Shown: piece by piece, positions 9,542-18,700 of the stretch
Layout of the letters: every line of letters starts with the position of its first letter
Position numbering within the stretch: the stretch's first letter is position 1
Source of the DNA: Limisphaerales bacterium
GTDB lineage: Bacteria; Verrucomicrobiota; Verrucomicrobiia; Limisphaerales; SIBE01
NCBI GenBank assembly: GCA_044225505.1
Contig: JBGAIN010000020.1
Coordinates: forward strand, 56,183 to 76,182
DNA length: 20,000 nt
Direction of reading: 5' to 3'
Program-made: the position numbers and the translations under genes
The notes under the pieces: model-generated
What the model was told of the DNA's origin: nothing
Database searches by the model: none
Seen by the model: only the letters and a program-made list of their open reading frames with translations

Positions 9542-10831
9542 ATGAAGATCGCAATCATTGGCACTGGCTACGTCGGCTTGGTCACAGGAACCTGCTTTGC
9601 GGAGGTCGGACATCAGGTTGTTTGCGTCGATTGCGACGCGGAGAAGGTTAAGCTCCTGCAAGGTGGTGGGGTTCCAATCTATGAACCGGGGTTGGAGGAG
9701 TTAATCGTCAAGAATGTGGCAGCTGGTCGGCTTCGATTTACGAATTCGACCAAAGAAGGGGTGGATCAGTCGGAGGTCATCTTTATTGCTGTTCCAACCC
9801 CACCTCAGGCTGATGGGTCTGTCGATCTCAGCTTCATGGAAGGGGTTGCCCGAGATATCGCGGCGATGATGACGAGCTACAAGATCGTCGTGGACAAAAG
9901 CACCGTCCCAGTCAAGACCGGCGATAAAGTTACAGAGACGATTCGACGTTATTGTAAGGCTAAAGTCGAGTTTGACGTCGTGAGCAATCCGGAGTTCCTC
10001 AGGGAAGGGTTTGCCGTGGAGGACTTTCTCAAGCCGGATCGAGTGGTGATCGGCGTGCGGACGCAAAGGCCGGTCTCGGCGATGCGGGAGATTTACGCTC
10101 CTTTCAAGGCGCCGATCATTGTCACGGATATCAACTCGGCCGAGCTCATCAAACACGCCGCGAACTCGTTCCTGGCGCTAAAGATTTCTTACATCAACGC
10201 TCTATCGGTTTTATGTGAAGCGTCCGGAGCGAACGTGCAAGAGGTGGCGAATGGAATGGGCATGGACGTCCGCATTGGACGCCGCTTCCTTGACGCGTCA
10301 CTCGGTTTTGGCGGTAGCTGTTTTCCGAAAGATCTCAGTGCATTTATTAAGATCTCGGAGCAATTGGGTTGTGAGTTCCGACTACTCAAGGAGGTGCAGC
10401 GGATCAATGCGGAGCAGCTGGATCGCTTCTTTAAGAAGATCCTGGACACCCTCTGGGTCGTAAAAGAAAAGCGGATTGGAGTTCTGGGCTTGGCTTTCAA
10501 GCAGAACACCGATGATGTGCGCATGTCGCCGGCTATCGAAGTATGCCAGCGCTTAATCAAGGAAGGTGCGATCCTGCGCGTTCACGACCCCAAAGCGATG
10601 GAGAAGGCCAAGGCCGTGCTCAAGGACGTCATCTTCGTCAATGACATGAACAGTGTAGCAGATGGATGCGACGCGCTGGTGGTTGCCACAGAATGGCCGC
10701 AGTTCAAGAAACTTGACCTTGAACGTGCCCGCAAAGTCATGACCCATCCGATCATGTTCGATGGTCGTAATCTGTTCGATCCTCAGGAAATGGAGCGACT
10801 GGGCTTCATTTACAAGAGCATCGGTCGCTGA
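9542..10831 (+). CDS. ugd: UDP-glucose 6-dehydrogenase
   Basis: Rossmann motif IIGTGYVG, FIAVPTP, KSTVPV, SNPEFLREG, catalytic GFGGSCFPKD, GLAFKQNTDDVR and FDGRN. Confidence 0.96.
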   Translation: MKIAIIGTGYVGLVTGTCFAEVGHQVVCVDCDAEKVKLLQGGGVPIYEPGLEELIVKNVAAGRLRFTNSTKEGVDQSEVIFIAVPTPPQADGSVDLSFMEGVARDIAAMMTSYKIVVDKSTVPVKTGDKVTETIRRYCKAKVEFDVVSNPEFLREGFAVEDFLKPDRVVIGVRTQRPVSAMREIYAPFKAPIIVTDINSAELIKHAANSFLALKISYINALSVLCEASGANVQEVANGMGMDVRIGRRFLDASLGFGGSCFPKDLSAFIKISEQLGCEFRLLKEVQRINAEQLDRFFKKILDTLWVVKEKRIGVLGLAFKQNTDDVRMSPAIEVCQRLIKEGAILRVHDPKAMEKAKAVLKDVIFVNDMNSVADGCDALVVATEWPQFKKLDLERARKVMTHPIMFDGRNLFDPQEMERLGFIYKSIGR

Positions 10832-10849
10832 ACTGGGGGGGGCGCTTGA

Positions 10850-11293
10850 GTGGAACCATCCGCGTCTGAACGCCTTCCGAGTCTCGCGTTGACTTCGATA
10901 ATTGAGGTGGCGGCTGGCTTGATCTTTCGCAATGGGCAGCTCCTGATCACCCAGCGTCGGCAGGGGGATCACCTCGAAGGGTTCTGGGAATTTCCCGGCG
11001 GGAAACGCGAAGCGGACGAGACCTTCGAAGCGTGTTTGCGCCGAGAGCTCCGCGAAGAATTAGGAACCGACGCTGAGCCGCACGAGTTGCTCGACAGCAT
11101 CACTCACGCTTACCCGGAGAAAACGGTCCACCTTCGGTTTTACCGTTGCACGTGGATTGCGGGAGAGCCGCAGCCTTTGGCGTGCGGCGCGCTAGCTTGG
11201 GTCCGTGCCGGGCAGCTCAACGACTACCGGTTCCCGGACGCGGACGCCAAGTTGCTCTGTTTGCTGCAAGCGAGGCCAGACCTGTGGGGCTGA
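10850..11293 (+). CDS. mutT: Nudix hydrolase, MutT/NudG-like (d)NTP pyrophosphohydrolase
   Basis: WEFPGGKREADETFEACLRRELREELG Nudix box, HAYPEKTVHLRFY and FPDAD. MutT and NudG cannot be told apart by eye. Confidence 0.85.
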   Translation: MEPSASERLPSLALTSIIEVAAGLIFRNGQLLITQRRQGDHLEGFWEFPGGKREADETFEACLRRELREELGTDAEPHELLDSITHAYPEKTVHLRFYRCTWIAGEPQPLACGALAWVRAGQLNDYRFPDADAKLLCLLQARPDLWG

Positions 11294-11306
11294 CCTCGAA
11301 GATCGC

Positions 11307-12473
11307 TTAGGCGTAGAACTTGTCCACGACTTGCCGGAAGGTATTGTCCGCGACGCCAATGATCTTCATTTCGCGCTGGGCATTCTCGGCGGAATCGCTC
11401 GCGTGGGCGGCATTGACCATGACGGTTTGCCCGAACTCACGCCGGATCGATCCCGGAGGTGCCTTGGAAGGATCGGTCGGCCCGAGGACGTCTCGGATCT
11501 TTCGCACAGCTTCCGGCCCTTCGTAAACCAACGCGATGCATTTCTCCGTGCCGGGCTGACGCAGCGTGGTTTCGTCGCATTCGCCGGGAGTTCTTCCCGA
11601 CATGAACTTGACGATATTGTCAAATTGACTGTCCCCAAAGAGCGGCCCCAGTAATTGGCCCAACTGTTTCTCCTGGGCACCAGGGATTGTGAAGCCAAGC
11701 TCCTTTTCCAGGAGTCCTTTGGCACGGCTGGCAACCACGTCCGTGAGCTTGGTCCGCAACACGTCCCGGACGGGTCCGTAGAACTCGAGCGCTTCCGCCA
11801 CGCTCATCTGGTGCACTTTGATGCCGACGATGTAGAGGCCAGTGCGGGAAAAGAAGTCAATCATGTTACCCGGTCGCCCCGTTGGGAACCGGAAGTTGTC
11901 GGGCTTGATCAGCACTAACGTCCGTTGAGGTTGCTCATTCGGTAGATAATTGATCACGTTTTCCACAACTCCACCGTCCGCCTCTGAATAGCGCGCCCAG
12001 AGCTTGAGTTTGACTTGAGCTTCTTCGACGTTAGGCGCAGCGAGCACGGCCGGTTCAAAATACCGAACATGTCCCGGTTCATCGATGACCAGGTCGCCAT
12101 ACGTATCGCGGATGGTCTCGCCACCGCGCCGGTCGACACTGATATTCCCGATCACTCCGCGGAGTTTGCGAACTGCATCTTCGCCGACGAACAAGAGCAT
12201 CATCACTCGGCGGCGACGACCCGTCTTCGGGTCGGGAGAGAGGTTCTGCAAGATGTAATCGCGGATGTGTTCCTGCACCTTCCGATCCTGTGGGTCATTC
12301 GCGGAAATGATCTTGTCGGAGTACTCTTTGACCAGCTCCGCGCTGGGGGCGAACATCCGCGCGGCGGCCAGGTCCAAGCCTGTCCGGGTCAGTAGTCGAG
12401 CTAAGATTCCTCCGGTTCTAGACTTGTGGAGGGAATAGGGCGTAATGATGACGTAAGCGAGCTGTTGCGACAT
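11307..12473 (-). CDS. ndk: Nucleoside-diphosphate kinase, long tandem-domain form (388 aa)
   Basis: The C-terminal domain has TLVLIKPD, VLGPTDPSKAPPGSIRREFG and NAAHASDS (catalytic His). The N-terminal half is a degenerate NDK-like domain. Confidence 0.9.
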   Translation of the reverse strand: MSQQLAYVIITPYSLHKSRTGGILARLLTRTGLDLAAARMFAPSAELVKEYSDKIISANDPQDRKVQEHIRDYILQNLSPDPKTGRRRRVMMLLFVGEDAVRKLRGVIGNISVDRRGGETIRDTYGDLVIDEPGHVRYFEPAVLAAPNVEEAQVKLKLWARYSEADGGVVENVINYLPNEQPQRTLVLIKPDNFRFPTGRPGNMIDFFSRTGLYIVGIKVHQMSVAEALEFYGPVRDVLRTKLTDVVASRAKGLLEKELGFTIPGAQEKQLGQLLGPLFGDSQFDNIVKFMSGRTPGECDETTLRQPGTEKCIALVYEGPEAVRKIRDVLGPTDPSKAPPGSIRREFGQTVMVNAAHASDSAENAQREMKIIGVADNTFRQVVDKFYA

Positions 12474-12489
12474 AATCGAGATGGCTGAG

Positions 12490-12708
12490 TTAAGCTGGGG
12501 GAACTGGCGTGTCTTTCGGCTCCGGGGCGGGAGACGCAGCGGAAGGATTGGAAGCAGCGGACCCTTTTCCGCCTAAGATCTTGAACATGACAGTACCGCA
12601 GGTTGGGCAACGACCCTTGATGGCTCGACGCCCGTTTTTCATGACCTCTTCCACAGCGTCAGCGATTTCTTTTTTCGATTTGCACTTAACGCAATAACCT
12701 TCAGGCAT
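12490..12708 (-). CDS. Small zinc-ribbon protein (DUF5679-like)
   Basis: YCVKCK...MKNGRRAIKGRCPTCGTVMFKI with two CxxC motifs, an AGGAG Shine-Dalgarno sequence upstream and a Pro/Ala/Ser tail. Confidence 0.85.
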   Translation of the reverse strand: MPEGYCVKCKSKKEIADAVEEVMKNGRRAIKGRCPTCGTVMFKILGGKGSAASNPSAASPAPEPKDTPVPPA

Positions 12709-12712
12709 AAAT

Positions 12713-12787
12713 CTCCTGCTATGCTGACCAGCCTGGCATCAGCCGAAGCAGGAGGGGAGTGTATGAGCGGGGCCTTTAGACCGTCAA
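12713..12787 (-). promoter_or_regulatory. Sigma70 promoter plus SD-sequestering 5' leader hairpin of the Zn-ribbon/ndk operon
   Basis: TTGACG (12787-12782), 18-nt spacer, TACACT (12763-12758). Leader: CTCCTGCT tcg GCTGAT gccaggctg GTCAGC at AGCAGGAG attt ATG. Confidence 0.65.
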
Positions 12788-13059
12788 CTGGGAAAACCTT
12801 CAGCACGGCCGAACGGGCCTCAAAAATAGCTGGCTTGGCCAGGGTTGAATGCGTTGTAAGTGTTTCTACATGAGACGCCTGGCAAAGATCTATCCCGTTC
12901 GGTTGGAAGCGAGTCAAGTTTATGTTCGGTTCAAGCACATCCATCCTCCCTGAGGGGCCTATTGCCGCTCTCGGCCAACCCTGTGCGTTTATTGGGAGAT
13001 TCCGGTTGAGTTGTCGGCCTAAGACCGATTAGAACTGGTCGGCAATACCCTGATTCCTA

Positions 13060-14778
13060 ATGCATTGGCTGCAAAACTACGATCCGTTCGGCCAACCGGT
13101 GTTGTCCACCATTGTCGCGGCGCTGCCTGTGCTTGTCCTCCTGGGCGCTCTGGCTTTTCTCAAAGTTCGCATTCACTACGCCGCGTTGCTCGGTTTAGGT
13201 GTGGCCCTGGCCGTGGCTCTTTTTGTCTGTGGAATGCCCTGGAAAGTCGCGACCGCTACCACTGTTTACGGCGCTTCCTACGGACTTTTTCCGATCGGCT
13301 GGATCATCTTGAATCTGATGTTTCTGTATCAATTGACTGTGGAAAAGGGGCTCTTCACCGTCCTGCGGGGCAGCTTGAGCGCGATTGCCCCGGATGCGCG
13401 AATTCAGCTCATCTTAATCGCGTTTTGTTTCGGAGCATTCTTTGAAGCCGCGGCCGGATTTGGAACGCCTGTGGCCGTGTCGGCGGCCATCTTGATGCAG
13501 CTTGGGTTCCGGCCTTTAGCAGCTTCGGGGCTCTCGCTCATCGCCAACACGGCGCCGGTCGCCTTTGGCGCGCTAGGGACGCCTATTCTAGCTTTGAAAT
13601 CGGTGACTGACCTCGATTTGTTGGACCTTTCCGCGATGGTAGGGCGTCAACTCAGTGTGTTTTCGCTGATCGTTCCCGCGTGGGTGGTTTGGGCGTTTGC
13701 GGGTTGGCGCGGGCTGTTGGGCGTTTGGCCAGCTGCGGTCGTGGCAGGTATTTCGTATGCTGTTCCTCAGCTTTTGGTCTCGAACTTCCACGGGCCCTGG
13801 TTAGTGGGAATCGTGGCCTCGCTCTGTTCCATGACCGCTTTGGTTGGGTTGCTTAAAATCTGGAGGCCCCGGACTCTTTGGTGCGAGGAAGGCCACACTG
13901 GTAATCCCGCGCCCCAGGCCAGCCCGGGAATTGCGTCGTATTCCAAGCAGACAATCCGGCAAGCATGGATGCCCTGGATCCTGCTGACGGGCTTTATTTT
14001 TTTGTGGGGGTTGCCTCAATGGAAGGAGTGGTTGAACGGACAGGCGGCGTTGAAAGTCCCTGCCCAAGTCGGCGCGGCGACGTTGGCGCCAACACTTCCG
14101 GCGGGCGTGACGATGCTAAGCATTCCGGTCCCGTACCTCCATGAAGTTGTGCTAAGATCTCCGCCGGTCGCGGCACCCAACGCACCTCCTGAAAAGGCGA
14201 TCTTCACGTTGAATTGGCTCTCCGCTACCGGGACGGGCATCTTAGCATCGGCGCTGGTTGCTGGTTTGCTCATGGGTTTCCGAGTGCGCGAGCTGCTCCG
14301 TATCTATGTTCAAACCTTGGTGCGGGTGCGCTTTTCGCTAGTCACTATCGCCGCGATGCTCGCGGTCGGATATGTGACGAAGTATTCCGGAACAGACGCC
14401 ACGCTTGGCTTGGCTTTAGCCAAGACAGGTTCTTTCTATCCGTTCTTCGGGACGCTGTTAGGTTGGTTAGGGGTGGCCCTAACCGGTTCTGACACTGCAT
14501 CCAATGTGCTGTTCGGCAGTTTGCAGAAGATCACAGCCGAGCAGGCCGGGGTTAGCGCGGTCCTCATGGCAGCAGCGAACAGTTCTGGTGGTGTTATGGG
14601 GAAGATGGTGGACGCTCAAAGTATTGTCGTAGCGAGCACCGCCACCAACTGGTACGGGCACGAGGGGAGCATCTTGCGCTACGTGTTTTTCCACAGCATC
14701 GCTCTGGCGATTTTGGTGGCTATCCTTGTGTTTCTCCAAGCCAAAGTCTTCCCTTTCACGGAGATGGTCGTACGATGA
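13060..14778 (+). CDS. lctP: L-lactate permease (LctP/LldP/GlcA family)
   Basis: WLQNYDPFG, FCFGAFFEAAAGFGTPVA, ANTAPVAFGALGTPI, ALTGSDTASNVLFGSLQ, ANSSGGVMGKM and many TM helices. Confidence 0.95.
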   Translation: MHWLQNYDPFGQPVLSTIVAALPVLVLLGALAFLKVRIHYAALLGLGVALAVALFVCGMPWKVATATTVYGASYGLFPIGWIILNLMFLYQLTVEKGLFTVLRGSLSAIAPDARIQLILIAFCFGAFFEAAAGFGTPVAVSAAILMQLGFRPLAASGLSLIANTAPVAFGALGTPILALKSVTDLDLLDLSAMVGRQLSVFSLIVPAWVVWAFAGWRGLLGVWPAAVVAGISYAVPQLLVSNFHGPWLVGIVASLCSMTALVGLLKIWRPRTLWCEEGHTGNPAPQASPGIASYSKQTIRQAWMPWILLTGFIFLWGLPQWKEWLNGQAALKVPAQVGAATLAPTLPAGVTMLSIPVPYLHEVVLRSPPVAAPNAPPEKAIFTLNWLSATGTGILASALVAGLLMGFRVRELLRIYVQTLVRVRFSLVTIAAMLAVGYVTKYSGTDATLGLALAKTGSFYPFFGTLLGWLGVALTGSDTASNVLFGSLQKITAEQAGVSAVLMAAANSSGGVMGKMVDAQSIVVASTATNWYGHEGSILRYVFFHSIALAILVAILVFLQAKVFPFTEMVVR

Positions 14779-14887
14779 GCGGGAAATGCACGAGCGTCTC
14801 AGTCGAGGCCAATCGCCCTCCGACCAGGTGAGTCCGACCTTTGGAAACCCTTAAATACAAATAGACTACGGGGCGGCACGTTTGTCG

Positions 14888-14915
14888 TTGCCAGGCCGTG
14901 ATTGTGGATTAGACT
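14888..14915 (+). promoter_or_regulatory. Orphan sigma70-like promoter in a convergent intergenic region
   Basis: TTGCCA (14888-14893), 16-nt spacer, TAGACT (14910-14915). No plus-strand gene follows. Confidence 0.5.
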
Positions 14916-14921
14916 TCTTTT

Positions 14922-15016
14922 GGTTCGCGCGAGCGAATCTTACTGCCCTTCCTGTCGAAGGGCAGGAAGCGGCGGGCTTTGGACGATTGAATCCCGTGTG
15001 TTAGTCCAAAGCCCGC
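14922..15016 (+). ncRNA. Candidate structured small RNA (three consecutive hairpins); family not recognised, 3' end uncertain
   Basis: GGTTCGC-GCGA-GCGAATC (14922-14939), CTGCCCTTC-ctgtc-GAAGGGCAG (14943-14965) and GCGGGCTTTGGAC-19 nt-GTCCAAAGCCCGC (14972-15016). The first stem starts at the seventh base after a -10 box. Confidence 0.35.
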
Positions 15017-15166
15017 AAATCGTTTCTAGAGTGAGCGCCTTCGCACCACTACCCGCAGACTGAGGCCAAACTAACGCTTGATAGGAAATCCACCAGTCAC
15101 CAGTTCTGGCGACAGCGCACCGAGTGATTGCGCCGCGTCTTGCGGCAGGCTCGCGACTCGCGGACG

Positions 15167-15748
15167 TTATCGGCTGAGGAACTTCGCCACGGCTTCCGTC
15201 CGCGTCCGGACCTGGAGTTTCTCGTAGATACGCCGGATGTAGGTGTGGACGGTCTCGTAGCTGATTCCGAGGTTCTCGGCGATTTCTTTGTAAAGAAAAC
15301 CTTTGGCCAGGTAATCCAAGACCTCCTGTTCCCGAGGTGACAAATTGTTTTCGATCGGCTGGGGCGCTGCGCCTGCCTTTTGGAAAGACTGCACCACCTT
15401 CCGGGCAATGTGGGTTGTCATGGGGGAACCGCCTCGGAGGACGTCTTTTATTGCGGCGAGCAGTTCTTGAGTGGAAGTGCGTTTCAGGAGGTAACCGGTG
15501 GCGCCGGCAGCCAGGGCGTTGAAGATGTTTTCCGTATCTTCGTAGACGGTTAACATGATGACTTGGATCTCCGGGGCAATCGCTGAGCGTCGCACGATTT
15601 GTTCGTTAATTTTCCTGGGGTCTTCGAGCGCTGCTTCCGCGCTGGGATATTGGCTGAGACAGGAGAATCCCTCGGCGCGGTTGATCAATCGCGCAAGCGT
15701 GTTCCGCACTTGGTCGCTGTCCTCAACAATGGATACCGTGGTGGCCAT
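15167..15748 (-). CDS. NarL/LuxR-family response regulator with an internally shortened receiver domain
   Basis: VSIVED...IMLTVYED...ALAAGATGYLLK and a LuxR HTH (LSPREQEVLDYLAKGFLYKEIAENLGISYETVHTYIRRIYEKLQVRTRTEAV). The usual DVVLMDIxLPG segment is absent. Confidence 0.88.
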   Translation of the reverse strand: MATTVSIVEDSDQVRNTLARLINRAEGFSCLSQYPSAEAALEDPRKINEQIVRRSAIAPEIQVIMLTVYEDTENIFNALAAGATGYLLKRTSTQELLAAIKDVLRGGSPMTTHIARKVVQSFQKAGAAPQPIENNLSPREQEVLDYLAKGFLYKEIAENLGISYETVHTYIRRIYEKLQVRTRTEAVAKFLSR

Positions 15749-15795
15749 ACACAAAGTCCGATCAAACTTGCTCGACGCGCTGCTCTCGATCCGGC

Positions 15796-18700
15796 TTAGC
15801 CGAGTGGCACCGTCAATCGCACCAACGTGCCCCGTTCAGGCGCTGGCGCAAAGTGAAATCCACCACCGACTTCTTCGAGTCGATTGCGCATGTTCCGAAC
15901 TCCGTTGCGTCCTTGGGCTGTCTTCTGGGCCTGGCCTTCCGGGCCGCGGCCATTGTCTTCGATTTCCAGAATGAACGTCCTGTCGGCCAACCGCAGCCTC
16001 ACCCACACTGCGGAGGCCTGCGCGTGCCGGACAATGTTGGTGACCGCTTCTTTGCACGCCAGGAAGACGTTATGCCTGACTTCGGGAGGGAGTTGAGTCG
16101 TGGGTAATGGGCTAGGGACGTCCAGCCGATATTGCAGGCCAGCGACCGTCAAGTATTCCTGAGTGTATTTGCAGATGTAAGTGATCAATCCGTCCAACGT
16201 GTCGTTGGCTGGGTTGACAGCCCAGACGATCTCATCCAACACGCGCGTCGTGTCCCGCGCGGTCTGTGAAATCTGACGGGCATGGGCTTCGACTTCCGCG
16301 GGAGCGTCCTTGTCGCTCTCGACCAGTTCACCCAGGAGTGCGACCTGGGTCAGGCTCGCGCCGAGCTGATCGTGGATGTCGCGGGCGATGCGTGACCGTT
16401 CCGATTCAAGGGCCTCGCGCTGGCGAAGCTGCATCAACTGGCGTTGGAGCTTTTGCGTGGAGATGTAGTGGACCAGCACTGCCACACCGCCAATCAAGCT
16501 CCCGGCCACTGTCGTCAAAAACCACCATGTCTTCCAGAACAGCGGCGTCATCGTAAAGGCCAGCGTCGCACCGGATTCGTTCCAGACGCCATCCTCGTTA
16601 CAAGCGCTGACCTGGAAGCGATATTCGGCGGGAGGGAGTTTGTCGTAATGCACTGAGGAGACCGTTCCCGCATCGCTCCACTCGCTTTCCCCGAGCCGAT
16701 AGCGAAACCGGGTCCGGTCCGGGGCCGACAAGTTCAAGCTGCTGAACTGGATCTCAATTCTCTCTTTCCCCGGAGGAACGCGAATCGGAGCCCATTCCCC
16801 GCTCGCCGATGCGCCATTGGGCAGGGCTTGACCATCAATCGAGACGGCTTCGATTCGCACGGGTGGCGGATTGGGATTGGGCCGCAAGGCGGCCGGGTTC
16901 ACGAAGGCTAACCCTTTGATGGTCGGAAACCATAGAGTCCCGTCACGGCTGCGCCACGGACCAGGTTGAGAGCCGGAACTACACTCGCGAATGGGCAAGC
17001 CGTCCGGACGGCCATACACCCGGCAGAGGATCGTGTTCGTTCGACCCAAAGCGAAGTCATTGAGCGCACGTTTTGAAGATCGCATGAGCCCGGCGTTGGA
17101 GCCAAGCCAGAGGAAGCCCTGGTCATCCTCCAGGATGTAGCCGATGCTGTTACTCGCCAACCCGGCCTCCCGTGTCAGCCTGGTCCACTGGCCATGAGCC
17201 AAGCGGGCTAAACCACCGCCGTCTGTACCGATCCACAGTATCCCTTCCGCATCGACGTAAAGCGCCGAGACGTTGTCGCTCGGCAGCCCATCCGCTCCCT
17301 TTCGGAACTCGGCGAGCCGCTTCCCATCTTTCCATTGAATTAGCCCTCCTCCTTCAGTGCCAACCCAGAGATTACCCTCGGCGTCATCCACGATCGCCTG
17401 CACGTTTCGGGACGTTAAGCCGTCCTGCTCCGTGAAGGTTTTCCATACGGTCTCATCGAAGTAGGCCAGACCCCGCTGTGCGCCCACCCAGATTCCACCG
17501 CGGCGATCTTGATGAATCGCATTTACGAACTGCAATGCTGGATCAAAGCCAGGGACTGGCCGCAGCCGGTTGCCTTGCACGTGAATCAGCCCGGCTCCGT
17601 CGGTGCCTGCCCAGATGCGCTGTTTCCGGTCGACGAGCACGGCGCGAGCGCGCAGTTCCATCGGCTGGCTCGTCCCGTCCCGCCAATAAAACAAGTTCCC
17701 TGGGTTACACCCGATCCAAAGGCCGCCTTTGCTATCCTCGCTCACCGTCTTCACGACTAATCCACGGGTCGATTCCAGGACACCAAAGACCGGTCGCTTC
17801 ACTCGATTGAGCCCTCCGCCATCCGTGCCGACCCACAGGTCGCCCTGCCGATCCATATGGAGCGAGAGGACATAATCGTTGGACAGGCCCTGATTGGTTG
17901 AAATGTGGGCCGCTTCACCTTTGGAATTGAACCAGAAAAGCCCGGCGCCAAGCGTTCCGACGATCAGATTGCCGTCCCGATCTTCGCAAGCGGTACTCAG
18001 GCGTTTTTGAAATTGAAAGGCCAGCCAGGGATACCAGCCCCAGCCCATTTTCTGTAGATCGCCCGACGCGGTCGATTTGAACACCCTGCCGTCGGCCAGG
18101 CACCAGAAACCACCGTCGCGACTCGCCAGCAGGTAATCTAGTTTGCCCGGGACAATGGACTGCTCTACCGGGAGAGTGGTCCCATTGGTGCCTCCCTGAT
18201 TATCAATACCCAAGAGGAAATGGTCAGTCCCAACCCAGCAAGGTCCCGACCGACTGACCGCTAGCCCTCGGTACTCCGTCGTGGGGCCTGCGCCAATGGC
18301 AAACCGATTCGTTCGACCGGATCCGATGCGAATGAGCTGATCGTTCGTCAGGTGGAGCCAGATCGCTCCGTCCGCACCTTCTCCCGCCGCGGCCAGTCGG
18401 CCTGCCTGCAATTCCTGGCCGAGATCGAATCGGCTCACTTGCGTGCCTTGCATCTGGAAAACGCCTCCGTTGGCTGTGCCGATCCACAAGTTCCGCTGAG
18501 AATCTTCGAACAGATTGAGGATGCGCGCGCTGGTGAGCCCGGGCGTGTTCCCTTCGTCATATACCTTGAAGCGGATTCCATCGAAGCGAACCAAGCCACC
18601 CAAGGTGCCGACCCAGAGGTAATCGTCGTGCGTCTGGAGAATCGAGGTGACTTCGTTTTGTGGCAGTCCGTTTTCAGTTGTCCAGCAATCGATGATAAAC

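Noticed and set aside
10835..10842. G8 homopolymer between ugd and mutT
   Set aside because: Short and intergenic in a GC-rich genome, so there is no evidence for phase variation.
12639..12944. 101-aa minus-strand ORF overlapping the Zn-ribbon gene
   Set aside because: No motifs, and it runs through a clear promoter and leader.
13006..13046. TCGG/CCGA dyads upstream of lactate permease as a possible LldR/FadR-type operator
   Set aside because: The arms are only 4-5 bp, match known consensus poorly, and no regulator gene is nearby.
15085..15113. TCCACCA (tRNA/tmRNA-like 3' end) and a GTGACTGG (ZTP riboswitch-like) word on the minus strand
   Set aside because: There is no T-arm (GTTCRA) or acceptor stem, and no CGCCTGGG 3' motif.
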